DNA from: a virus
Strand: one strand, 5' to 3'
IMG/VR virus record: IMGVR_UViG_3300042564_002458
Coordinates: 1-64,000 of that record
Length of the DNA stretch: 64,000 nt
This document shows positions 30,949-41,589 of this stretch, piece after piece. Each line of letters begins with the position of its first letter. Position 1 is the first letter of the stretch. The position numbers were made by a program, and so were the translations under genes. Under the pieces are notes generated by a model. The model was not told where the DNA came from, searched no databases, and was given only the letters and a program-made list of their open reading frames with translations.

Positions 30949-31838
30949 ATGGTAAATATTAAACGTTTTATTGATAGAGTAAGTTCTATGGATCAAAATC
31001 CAGGAAAAAATCTAGTTCTTCCAATAGATGAGGCAAGACAATTGCGCGATGAAATCGTTAAATTGTTGGCAGATAAACTTAATGATAGAATAAATGCCCC
31101 ACAGGATGTGATTCAGATAGAAGTCACTGGTGGTGGTTTCTAATGTCAAGAACTCAACCAAAAATCCTATTAGAATTAGTAGACAAACAAACTTATAAAG
31201 TAGATCAGATTGTAGAGGCCAGTGGTATTTGGGCAGTTTATTATAATGATCAGCCAATCAATTTAAAAAATCAACATTACTTAGACAGTAATAGTGTACC
31301 TAAATATAAGAAAACTAGTTTTAGTAATCCAGGACATGCTAGAAATTTATGTCGTAAATTGAACAATCAATTTAAAACCGATCAATTTTCAGTTGTATTT
31401 TTAAATCAGGGACAAAAAGTTTATCCGGATTAATATATGATATCATACGTAACTAATAAAGAAGAAATAACTAGAAAAATTCTTCCTTTGATAGATTCAA
31501 CGGAGATATCAGATTTTGATTATGCCATGAAAACATGGTGGGTTAACATTCGTAATACGGGTGGATTATGTTTAACTGCACTTGGTGATAAAGTGTTTCG
31601 TCAGGCAAAGATAGAATGTTATGATTTAATTTTTAGTTGGACAAATTTCAACAATTCCAGTGTATTAAAGTTAGATAGAAAAATGCCATGTCCATATCAT
31701 TTATATGTTTCTAACAAACAAAATTTTGTTAGAGTATATGATAGTAGAGTGGCAATGATGATTGCTCTACAGGGTGGAATAGAACACTTTTTGAAAAATA
31801 AAGTAGATATAAATTACTCAGAGACCGATAATGACTGA
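30949..31838 (+). other. Three small conserved hypothetical CDS (30949-31143, 31143-31433, 31437-31838)
   Basis: Coupled ORFs after a GATAAATA box at 30934. Confidence 0.65.
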
Positions 31839-32579
31839 AAAAAAACACAATCCAAACCCATTTATAAGATTAGCTCAAGAGGCTAAAGAACAAAAACAAG
31901 CCTTAACTGGGATTATTGACAAAACTGATAAGTTATCTCATACTGGGACTGCCCCAAAAATAACTCCAAGAGCTACTAAAATTATGAGAAAAGCTGGAAG
32001 AGGACGTTAAGGCGTAATATAGTATCATATTATGTATTAGTGGAAACGAGTAAGTATTTGTGTATAAAAACAGTTTATACTTACACACAGGACACTAATA
32101 TGAAAACACTATACACAATTTTTGAAAAACTTACAAACATGATTCCAAAACAAGATTATGGACATCGTTTGAATCGCTATGTAAAATTAAATAGACCAAC
32201 CAATCCCTCTGAAGTAGAATACTTGATTAAAAGTTTTGAACGTAGAGAATTTAGAGGATTTCATTAATGAAAACAATTATAACAGCCATAATTAATTATA
32301 TGCAACGATATGAAGAATATCGTATGAAACAATTTGATCGTGTATTGCGTATAAGAGGGTGGGAATAATGATGAAAATTTTAAAATCAATTTGGGCCAGT
32401 TTAGAATATATTGGTCGTGTCAGAGCGGCTGGTGTATTAGCTCGTCAGGGAAATACTAAAGGCGCAATTGAGTTAATGGATAAAAAGTTCATTTAACCAA
32501 ATCACTTGATTTTTGTATAAATATCAAGTACACTAGTACTACAGTAGAAATACTGTTTTGACACACACAGGAGATTATT

Positions 32580-32849
32580 ATGTCATTTGAAACACCAAAA
32601 CTACCAGAAGTTAAATTCAACAAGAACGGCTATGAGATTCGTACAGAAATCTTAGATATGGCCAAGAGCATGGTTAGTGAAGAATTTCACGCCAAGTTTC
32701 TAGGATGGGAAATGTCTACCGCCAAAGATGAAAAAACAGGCAAATTGGTTACCACAGTTGGTATGCCAGAATTTCCAGGACTTGATAAAGTTCTTGAAAC
32801 TGCAGAAAAAATGTATGCCTTTGTAAACGCCTCATCTTCAAAGAAGTAA
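32580..32849 (+). CDS. Conserved hypothetical protein (KNGYEIR family)
   Basis: ACACACAGGAGA leader/SD. Confidence 0.7.
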   Translation: MSFETPKLPEVKFNKNGYEIRTEILDMAKSMVSEEFHAKFLGWEMSTAKDEKTGKLVTTVGMPEFPGLDKVLETAEKMYAFVNASSSKK

Positions 32850-32852
32850 TCA

Positions 32853-33143
32853 ATGACCGAAATTCTATTCAATGTATTTGAATGGATACGCCAAGATTTT
32901 CGTAGCAACAGTATTCGTTGTGTATTGGAAATCTTGGCGTGGTTTCTTAGTATCTCATGTAGTGTTGTTATGATGCTAACAGTACCAAATCCACCATTTC
33001 TAATCTTATATCCATTGTTCATCGCTCAATGTGTAATATTTGCATGGGCATCATATTCTAGACGTTCATTTGGCATGTTAGCCAATTATATTTTACTTAG
33101 TTCCATTGACGGAATAGCGTTAGTTAGACTGATTCTAATGTAA
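32853..33143 (+). CDS. Small three-TM membrane protein
   Basis: Three hydrophobic segments. Confidence 0.65.
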   Translation: MTEILFNVFEWIRQDFRSNSIRCVLEILAWFLSISCSVVMMLTVPNPPFLILYPLFIAQCVIFAWASYSRRSFGMLANYILLSSIDGIALVRLILM

Positions 33144-33509
33144 ATTTAGTGTTGTTTTTATACAACAATAATTATTGACAATAAATCTATTATAGTTTAT
33201 AATAGTTGTACAGTAAATAAAACGGAATGAAAATGTCAGATAAAATTGATCGTAATGAATACGATATGTTATTTCCCTTAGAACAAGAATTCAAAACTTG
33301 GGTCAAACATCAAGAAGTTCGAGCCGAACTCAAAAAACGCTTAATGACTAGTTTGAGTGAAAACACTCGTAAATCTTCTAAAGAAGATTTTAGTCCATTT
33401 AATACTGTTAATAGTTAATTTGTTGTTTTTATACAACAATAATTATTGACAATAAATCCATTTTGTGCTATAATATATACATACAATTGAATAATACAAG
33501 GATCTACAA

Positions 33510-33851
33510 ATGGAATACACTCAAACACAAATTAATGTAATCGTTGCAGAATCTCAACAAGCCGCTCAAAAAGCCGCAATTAAATTTTTCAATGAGAAAC
33601 TGGGTGGTCGCGATCAGTTTGCCTGTGGTTTTGCATGGGTTGAGATTTTTGGTGTAAAAGGAAATACTAAGTTGGGCAAGATGTTGAAGGCGGCAGGCGT
33701 GAGTCAGAATTATAATAAAACTTTTGAAATTTGGAATCCCAGTGGTGTTAACTGTCAAAACATTGACACCAAAGAAGAGGGTGCACGAGCCGCGGCAGAA
33801 GTGTTCACTCGATATGGATTTAAAGCCTATGCTGGCTCACGATTAGATTAA
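33510..33851 (+). CDS. Early conserved phage protein (CGFAWV...AGSRLD)
   Basis: Follows a promoter cassette; AAGGA SD. Confidence 0.75.
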   Translation: MEYTQTQINVIVAESQQAAQKAAIKFFNEKLGGRDQFACGFAWVEIFGVKGNTKLGKMLKAAGVSQNYNKTFEIWNPSGVNCQNIDTKEEGARAAAEVFTRYGFKAYAGSRLD

Positions 33852-33949
33852 TATAGTATTGTGTGTTGTAAAAATACAACAGTATTAATTGACAACAAAT
33901 CCATATTCCTGTATAATATACACATACACTGATAAAAAGGAAGTAAAAA

Positions 33950-34186
33950 ATGAATCCAAATTTTCTCAAAGCCCTGACTGAGCCTACGGTTTTTGTCGTA
34001 AGTATGAAATATACATTAGACGGTCAGGATATTGATGATGTTGATGCCGATCAAGTGGCAGAAATGGTTCGTGGCGTTTTCTCTACTGAGAAAGCCGCAT
34101 TGGATTTTGTCAAGACTAAGAATAAAGAATATAAGGGACAAGATGATGTTCATTTCACCGTTCGTATGCACTTTATTCAAGACTAA
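33950..34186 (+). CDS. Early hypothetical protein
   Basis: Follows a promoter cassette; AAGGA SD. Confidence 0.7.
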   Translation: MNPNFLKALTEPTVFVVSMKYTLDGQDIDDVDADQVAEMVRGVFSTEKAALDFVKTKNKEYKGQDDVHFTVRMHFIQD

Positions 34187-34273
34187 TTTGTTGTTTAAAT
34201 ACAACAGTATTAATTGACAACAAATCCATATTCCTGTATAATATACACATACACTGATGAAAAGGAAGTAAAT

Positions 34274-34543
34274 ATGAAAGTTGATTTAAGCCCACAATCT
34301 AATCGTTTTGTTGAGTCAATTCTAGTTGCCTGTCCGGCTGGTTTACGTGAACGTGCCACATATAAAAATATTCCCATTGAATATTTGCCACAAGTCCGTG
34401 CCTATTTCAAATCACTGGGTAAAAAAATTCATGTTCGTTTTCGCGGCCCACGTAATAACCCACTTGACCGCCGTTATCGTAATCAACGAATGCAAGATTG
34501 TGTCAAACAATTCGCTAATCGTTTCACGATTTATTTTAAATAA
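34274..34543 (+). CDS. Early basic hypothetical protein
   Basis: Start moved to ATG 34274 after the cassette SD. Confidence 0.7.
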   Translation: MKVDLSPQSNRFVESILVACPAGLRERATYKNIPIEYLPQVRAYFKSLGKKIHVRFRGPRNNPLDRRYRNQRMQDCVKQFANRFTIYFK

Positions 34544-34746
34544 TTTTAAGGATAAAACATGACTAACGAAGAACTCGCACGAAAAATTCGTTGTAACTGG
34601 TTTGCTGATCGTGACTCACTTGACGAGGCATTTGAATACGCCCACATGGTGATGAAGGGTGACCCAGCGACAATGACTGCCATGTACGTGATTTTGAATA
34701 CTGTGGCTAAAGAACTTCTCAAATTAGAACAAAAGGAAACTGTATA

Positions 34747-35178
34747 ATGGCAACTCGCTCAACAATCGCCGTAATTCATGAAGACGGAACTGTATCACAA
34801 ATTTATTGTCATTATGATGGTTATGTATCACATAATGGTCAACTATTAGTAACAAATTATAATAGTCTTTTAGCTGCCGAATTTTTGGTAAGTAAAGGCG
34901 ACCTCAGTACATTGGGTGAACGTGTTACTGCTCAAGGTGAACATTCATTTTCAAATCCTGAAGATGGTGTATGCGTTTATTATGGTCGTGATCGTGGCGA
35001 AACTGGGGTTGAACCTCGTGTATTTGCCAGTGTTCATGATTATCGTCTTTATGCCAAACTTCAAGAAGTAAATTACTTGTTTATCAATGGCGAATGGTTA
35101 TATCAATATGAAGTCAATGATCCCACTATGAAATCTGTGGCAGAAGAATTGAAATTTTGCACTCCAATTGAAGATTGA
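34747..35178 (+). CDS. Conserved phage protein (MATRSTI...IYCHYDGY)
   Basis: Recognisable phage motif set. Confidence 0.75.
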   Translation: MATRSTIAVIHEDGTVSQIYCHYDGYVSHNGQLLVTNYNSLLAAEFLVSKGDLSTLGERVTAQGEHSFSNPEDGVCVYYGRDRGETGVEPRVFASVHDYRLYAKLQEVNYLFINGEWLYQYEVNDPTMKSVAEELKFCTPIED

Positions 35179-35533
35179 AGAAATGAAATTTCTTAAAGAA
35201 CTTACGGAATGGTCAGATAATACTCCCAATCATACTTATCTAGTAGTAGATAGTAAAGATAAGATGTTGGGATATATTCGGTCGGATTCTAAGAAATTAG
35301 AAATGTTCAAGCAGCCCTTGCCATTTGATGCTCGCCGCCGCAAGTTTACAGAAGTTGCCAATACTTTTGGTTATGTAGAACCAAAATTGGTAAATACTGC
35401 TAATAGTTGGCAGGTGAAATCGTCAAGTGGATCAGTATATACACTAGAACGAAATGATGGACGTATCTCATGTAGTTGTAGCGGGTTTAAATTTAGAGGG
35501 AAATGTAAACATGTTGAGGCTGAGACTGTATGA
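35168..35533 (+). CDS. SWIM zinc-finger protein
   Basis: SCSCSGFKFRGKCKH. Confidence 0.8.
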   Translation: MKIEEMKFLKELTEWSDNTPNHTYLVVDSKDKMLGYIRSDSKKLEMFKQPLPFDARRRKFTEVANTFGYVEPKLVNTANSWQVKSSSGSVYTLERNDGRISCSCSGFKFRGKCKHVEAETV

Positions 35534-37028
35534 AAAACAGTAATTTCAGAAAATGGGTAGAAGACATTTGGAAAGAGAATTGTGAAGAATGTCGTGAATG
35601 GCGAGAAACCCCTTTAACACTAAATTTATATTGGAACAAATATAAATGGTGGTTAAAACGAGAATTCAAATATCGTAATTTGGACAAATAATCTATTGTA
35701 GTTAATATCAATAAATGTTATAATTAGTTATATAGGAAATAAAATGAAATTTTTAGCTGGTGTTGTAGTTGGTGTTGTTCTCTCTGTTATTGGAGTGGAT
35801 GGTGCTGTTCGTGTACTTACCAATGCCGTAGATTCTATCAAAACATATTCACAAGGTTTGTCCAAATAATGTTTAACTTTTTAAAATCATCAAAATCTGA
35901 TTATATTGTTCCGTCTGAAACTGTTCCGTCTGAAATTCCATATTCTATTCCAGAGAAAAAACAAGCTAACGGTGGATATACTGTTGGGATCAATAGTATG
36001 GGTTTTACTACATTGACATTAATTGATGGTAATTCTAGTATTACTATGACCATGTCTGACACTGGGATCAATAAACTTATCAGTCTATTACAGGCTGCTT
36101 TGCCAGAAGAACATGATGGAGTTGAAGAATGAAATACGATAGATTTGATTTAGAACAACAAATACTAGATTGTTGGAAAATCACAGATGATATTCCCATG
36201 ATGGAACAACAAGACGCAAATACCGCGGACATGACTAGTTTGGCATGTGTGTATGAATACAAGTTCAAAAAACTTTGGGATACATTTACACATCTAGTTG
36301 AAACTAAACAATTTAAATGGAATGATGAATGAAAGTTAATTTTTATTATGTAGTTAAAGTACATCAACCTGGAACTGATAGTATAGATCGTTCGGCTGAT
36401 GCAGAATATGTGGCTGGCCCATTTAGAACAGATGGCGAAGGTCGCGATTATATCAAAGATAATTTTATTCTTCAAAGTGATCGTATGATTCATACAGTTG
36501 TACATATTAATACAAAAGTGACTCTATAATGAACTATAAATGGATTGGTTCTATTTCAGAAAAAGATCATTATTTGATTTGGGGTATTATTGAACTTGAT
36601 CGTGCAGGTTTTGATCCAGTTGCCAATGATAATGTCAATACATATAGAATGTTTAGTGGTCGTTCAGATAAAAAATTAACTACTAAAAATTTTATTGATA
36701 CTGAAGGTAGTATCATTGAATTAATCAAACGTAAACAACTTAAAGGATATACACTTCTTTCAGAACAAAAATTCTTAGAGTTAATTCCAAACGTGAAAAG
36801 CACATTGACAGTATGATTGATCTTGATGAACAACCATTGACATTTGGTAAATATATCGGATATAGTTCTGATAAAATCGCCAAAACTGATCCAGAATATT
36901 TGATTTGGCTATATGATAATAGCGAAGTAAAACCATGTACTAAACATCTACGTGATTTATGTGAGATGGATATTCACGAAGAACAAGAATGGTTTAATGA
37001 TAATGACATGGAATGTTAAAGGCATAAT

Positions 37029-38357
37029 ATGAGTTCAAATTGGATTAGAAAATTAAACGAATCAAATAGTAAACTTCATAAAGAGGATGTTTATAAACAA
37101 GCATTGTCTTTTGCAACATTAGGTGATAATAACAGTCATCGTTTTCTCACGTTGGTTCATTATTGTTATAATCCAATGATAACATTTGGAGTAAAACAAG
37201 TTCCAGAAACTGTTGGAATCACTAACGCAGAAAACCCATGGACAGAATTTCAAAGTTTATTAGATTCTTTAAGTCGTAGAGAATTAACTGGTAATGCAGC
37301 TCGTGATGCTATTGATGCAATGAGTCTACGTTTTGATACAGACGAATGGAATGAATTTTGTGCGGCGGTATTACGAAAAGATTTACGAACCAATTGTAGT
37401 GAAAAGACAATTAATAAAGTTTGTAAAAAAACTGATTATGAGATTCCAATTTTCAGTTGTCAATTGGCAACCAGTTGTGAAGATCGACCACAAATGAAAG
37501 GTGAAATGCGACTTGAACCAAAATTGGATGGGGTTCGAGTTCTCATGTGGTGCGCATATGATGAATTAAATGATGCTGTGGCAGTAGTTCCATATAGTCG
37601 TAATGGAAAAGTATTTGATAATTTTGGTCATATTGAAAGTCAAATTTCAAATCAATTAAAACATATTTGTAAAATTACAGGATATAATTCATTCTTTCTG
37701 GATGGTGAAGTAGTAGGTAAATCATTTAATGAGTTGATGAGAGTGGCTCGTAAAAAAGATGGTGTCGCGGCTACTGATAGTGTATTTCATATATTTGATT
37801 TTATACCTCATGTTAATTTTAAAGAAGGTTATTGGAATTCTCAACTATATAAGCGACTATCTGTCTTAGATAAAATGAAACGTTTTATTAACAAAATGTC
37901 AAGTGTAGAATATCCAGATCATTTGATTGTTAATTTAGATACAAGTCAGGGTCGTAATCAAATGGAACGTTATGCCAAAGATTGTGTCAATGATGGTTAT
38001 GAAGGTATTATGATTAAATCCATGGAAGCCCCATATGAATGTAGACGTAGCACATTCTGGATGAAATGGAAACCTGTAATTACAGTTGACTTACAAATTG
38101 TTGAAGTAGAACAGGGTACTGGTAAAAATAGTAAACGAATGGGTGCTTTTGTTTGTGAGGGTACAGATGATGGTAAATTCATTAGTGTGAATGTTGGTAG
38201 CGGAGTGTCGGATTCTGAACGAGAATCATATTGGGAAAATCGTGATCAATTAATTGGTCGTACAGTTGAAATTTTATGTGATAGTGTAAGTCAGAATCAG
38301 GATGAAACCTATTCTTTACGCTTTCCACGCTTTGTTCGTTTTAGAGATGATAAGTAA
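37029..38357 (+). CDS. ATP-dependent DNA ligase
   Basis: EPKLDGVR (KxDG), SRNGK, LDGE, EGIMIK, KWK, SLRFPRF. Confidence 0.95.
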   Translation: MSSNWIRKLNESNSKLHKEDVYKQALSFATLGDNNSHRFLTLVHYCYNPMITFGVKQVPETVGITNAENPWTEFQSLLDSLSRRELTGNAARDAIDAMSLRFDTDEWNEFCAAVLRKDLRTNCSEKTINKVCKKTDYEIPIFSCQLATSCEDRPQMKGEMRLEPKLDGVRVLMWCAYDELNDAVAVVPYSRNGKVFDNFGHIESQISNQLKHICKITGYNSFFLDGEVVGKSFNELMRVARKKDGVAATDSVFHIFDFIPHVNFKEGYWNSQLYKRLSVLDKMKRFINKMSSVEYPDHLIVNLDTSQGRNQMERYAKDCVNDGYEGIMIKSMEAPYECRRSTFWMKWKPVITVDLQIVEVEQGTGKNSKRMGAFVCEGTDDGKFISVNVGSGVSDSERESYWENRDQLIGRTVEILCDSVSQNQDETYSLRFPRFVRFRDDK

Positions 38358-38371
38358 TTAAGGAGATTATC

Positions 38372-39412
38372 ATGGTAACAATTGTTAAAAGTGAATGGCA
38401 TCAGGTAGAAAAACGTTATAATTTTGATTTTGACGAATCTATCTTATCTGAAATTTATCCTGATTTAGAAGAGGATGATATTAAAACACTACTAGTTAGA
38501 ATTCAAAATGGTGAGATTGATATTGAAGAATTAGTCAATAATGCCTGGGAAAATAGTGTTGATATTGATTGGGATTGGATGGATAAGGATGATTGGTGGA
38601 CTGATCGTAAAGGTGGATATGAAGTTACATACAGTGTGTCAGACGAATCAACAGAGATCAATCTTCCGTATTCAGTCGCCTGGCCATTTCCGGCTAGTAG
38701 TATAGTTCCCGAAACTGATGAAGTTGAAGATAAAGAAATATTAAACATGTTAGCTGAATTAACTGGTGCCTATGAAAAAAAACTTGAAAATTCAGAAATA
38801 AAAGAATTTACTATCAAACTTTATGGTCGTGGAACTGATCGTGGTATTGGTACTATTACCAAGGAACAATATGAATATTGGAATGAACATAGTGATGATC
38901 TAGGTGATGCACTTAATGATCAATATGATTATGAAGAAAATGAAACACCAGAAGATGCCAAACTTCCATATGAATATTATAATGAATATGAAGATATTGC
39001 CTTTGAAACTGGAATAGATGAAGATTCATGTTATATTTCAATCACTGATTCAGATGGTAATGAATTATATGATGATGAATTGTTTTCGTTCTTGACCACA
39101 GTTCATGGTGATTCTGACTCATGTGATGAGGCTACTGAAGAAAAAGACGAAGTATATTTTAATACTGCCTGTATGTCAGAGGGATATTATGTATATTGGC
39201 AACAGGGTGGTAAAGGAACATATTTTGAAGGAACAATTGAAATTGATAAAGATTCAGAATTTAATCCAAAATTATTAAAGTTTAACACTGTTGATTTTGA
39301 TGGTAATAGTATGGTTACCAATGTATTATATGATGATGAAGACATTGAAAATAGTGGTGGAGAATGGTCTGGTAAATGGGACGATTATCAAGTTATTAAA
39401 TTGGGATTATAA
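38372..39412 (+). CDS. Highly acidic hypothetical protein
   Basis: Very D/E-rich 346-aa ORF; AAGGAG SD. Confidence 0.7.
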   Translation: MVTIVKSEWHQVEKRYNFDFDESILSEIYPDLEEDDIKTLLVRIQNGEIDIEELVNNAWENSVDIDWDWMDKDDWWTDRKGGYEVTYSVSDESTEINLPYSVAWPFPASSIVPETDEVEDKEILNMLAELTGAYEKKLENSEIKEFTIKLYGRGTDRGIGTITKEQYEYWNEHSDDLGDALNDQYDYEENETPEDAKLPYEYYNEYEDIAFETGIDEDSCYISITDSDGNELYDDELFSFLTTVHGDSDSCDEATEEKDEVYFNTACMSEGYYVYWQQGGKGTYFEGTIEIDKDSEFNPKLLKFNTVDFDGNSMVTNVLYDDEDIENSGGEWSGKWDDYQVIKLGL

Positions 39413-39657
39413 TGTCTAGTGACATAGAACAATTTATTGGAAAAATATATGAGTTTGATGATGGTAGATCAATTAAGATTATTGATGTAACCTTACGAGA
39501 TACTGGCGAAGTTCAATACTATGTTAACTATGAAGTTAAGTATTCTAAAACTAGTATACCAAAAAGAATGTTAATGACTGAAAAAGAATTTATAAGTAAC
39601 TTCAATCATTTATTCTTTGATAAGGGTTTTTAGAAACAACTTTATGATAAATACTAC

Positions 39658-41589
39658 ATGCTATTAACTTATCTTATGTTATCAGTGGCTCTGTGTCTCA
39701 GCGCAGTAGCCGCTTTTTATTCTATAGTTGGTCTTACAGCGATATTTGCCGCGGCTGTAATTCCAGTTATCATCATGGGATCAATATTAGAAATAGCCAA
39801 ACTGGTAATTACAGTTTGGTTACATGAGTTTTGGACACAAGTCAAACTCACAATGAAAATATATTTGATTCCTGCCGTGATCACACTGATGTTCATTACT
39901 AGTATGGGTATCTTTGGATTCTTATCCAAAGCACATATTGAACAAGTGGGGGTTGGTCAAGAAAACGCAGCACAATTACAACGAATAACTGTAGAGATAC
40001 AGCGTCAGACAGACATTGTAAAAGCGGCCGAAGTCAGAGCAAAGACATTAGAAACTACTGGTACCGGAGCAGATGCCAACGTACAGAGTCAAATCAATCA
40101 AGAACAACAACGAATTGATAGTTCTTATACTAGAATTCAACCAGCAATAGAAGATCAACAAAAAATCATTGACGCTCAAACAAAGATTTATCAAGATCAG
40201 ATAACAAAAATAGATGAACAACTTGCTCAATTACAAAAGTACATGGACTCAAAAGAAGTTGAACGAGTACAGACCTTGGTTGGAGTAAAACCGGATGGAG
40301 ATTGGGGTCCGGGAACAGCCAGAGCAATAATTATATGGAAGAATCTACGAGTCAATGAACGATCAGCGGCAGTATCTAAATTAGAAGAGGCTAATACAAA
40401 TCCTACTATAAAATCAGCCAGAGATGAGATATTGCGTATAAGAAAAACGGTAGAAACTCAAATATCAGAGAGTAACAAACTTATTGATCGTTTACGAAAT
40501 CAATTGGGCAAGGGTGATACTGCCAGTGTAGAAACATTGGTTACAGAACAACAGGAAAAAATCAAAACTTCTAATTTAGAAATAGAAAAGTTAACACAAA
40601 AGAAATATGAACTAGAGGCTGAATATAGAAAATTAGAAGTAGAAGTTGGACCAATCAAGTATATTGCCGAATTAGTATATGGTGATAGTACTGATAAGAA
40701 TATGTTAGAGCATGCAGTTCGTTGGGTAATTATATTGATCGTGGCAGTGTTTGATCCTCTGGCAGTTATGATGTTGTTGGCTGCATCAGAAAGTATAGTA
40801 TGGATTCGTCAACGATTACCTAAACCTAAGACTGTAGTTACGGAACCAAATTTAGAAAAATCACATCATAATTCTCAATTGATAGAAGAACTAAACAGTA
40901 TGGTGTATAAATTTCAAGAAGAGAATACTTCTTTATATGATCAATTGGATGAGCGTGAACATCAATTAACAAAAGTTCAAAGTGAACGTGATAAATTATT
41001 CACTGCTCATGGTTATGAAATGGAACGAGCTGACACATTGGCAGTTAAATTGAGCGAAGTGAAAAGTAGCAAGCGTAAAAGTCTTACTGAATTACTGACA
41101 GAAACTCCTGAAAATATTGAGATTATCAAACCAGTGATCGAACCAGAAACTGTCACTGAACAAATTATAGAAATTCCAGTAGAAATACAGACTGAAGGAG
41201 TAACTACTCAAACTGTCATGTATCATCCGTCTGAGGGATATGTTACATTTGATGGAAAGTTAATAAGTATTGATGCATTGAAATCACTACGCCCAGACTT
41301 GGTACTATCAAACAATAATCACGCTACACAAATAATGTTTGGAAATAAATTCCCACAATATGCCAAGATGGGTGACATCTATATCAGAACTGATGTTGTT
41401 CCACATATTGTATTTAAATTCAATGGTCAAAAATGGATTGAAATTGATAAACAATTAAATCATTCATATTTACAGTACATTCCGTACATTCAATATTTGA
41501 TTCAAAAGATAGAAAGTGGTGAATATGATGCTGAATTATTAACCGAAGATGAGCGTGAAGAAATCGCCACTCATCTTCAACAAAAATAA
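39658..41589 (+). CDS. Multi-TM coiled-coil protein with peptidoglycan-binding-like motif
   Basis: Three N-terminal TM helices, long coiled coil containing VQTLVGVKPDGDWGPGT, fourth TM (VFDPLAV). Confidence 0.75.
   Translation: MLLTYLMLSVALCLSAVAAFYSIVGLTAIFAAAVIPVIIMGSILEIAKLVITVWLHEFWTQVKLTMKIYLIPAVITLMFITSMGIFGFLSKAHIEQVGVGQENAAQLQRITVEIQRQTDIVKAAEVRAKTLETTGTGADANVQSQINQEQQRIDSSYTRIQPAIEDQQKIIDAQTKIYQDQITKIDEQLAQLQKYMDSKEVERVQTLVGVKPDGDWGPGTARAIIIWKNLRVNERSAAVSKLEEANTNPTIKSARDEILRIRKTVETQISESNKLIDRLRNQLGKGDTASVETLVTEQQEKIKTSNLEIEKLTQKKYELEAEYRKLEVEVGPIKYIAELVYGDSTDKNMLEHAVRWVIILIVAVFDPLAVMMLLAASESIVWIRQRLPKPKTVVTEPNLEKSHHNSQLIEELNSMVYKFQEENTSLYDQLDEREHQLTKVQSERDKLFTAHGYEMERADTLAVKLSEVKSSKRKSLTELLTETPENIEIIKPVIEPETVTEQIIEIPVEIQTEGVTTQTVMYHPSEGYVTFDGKLISIDALKSLRPDLVLSNNNHATQIMFGNKFPQYAKMGDIYIRTDVVPHIVFKFNGQKWIEIDKQLNHSYLQYIPYIQYLIQKIESGEYDAELLTEDEREEIATHLQQK

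Larger units (their letters stand above)
33150..34273 (+). repeat. Four repeated early promoter cassettes (33150, 33421, 33864, 34189)
   Basis: Each has TGTTGT-N6-ACAACA, 7 bp, TTGACA, 17 bp, TATAAT; the 33864 and 34189 copies are near-identical over about 80 bp. Confidence 0.9.

Noticed and set aside
2106-34214. ORF-track starts at 2106, 2557, 5470 and 34214 giving a shared MTIN/MTTN N-terminus
   Set aside because: These TTGs fall on or beside the TTGACA -35 boxes; true ATG starts with SDs lie downstream
33150-34273. Spaced repeats as a CRISPR array
   Set aside because: Repeats contain -35/-10 boxes and SDs and are separated by whole genes of several hundred bp; no cas genes seen
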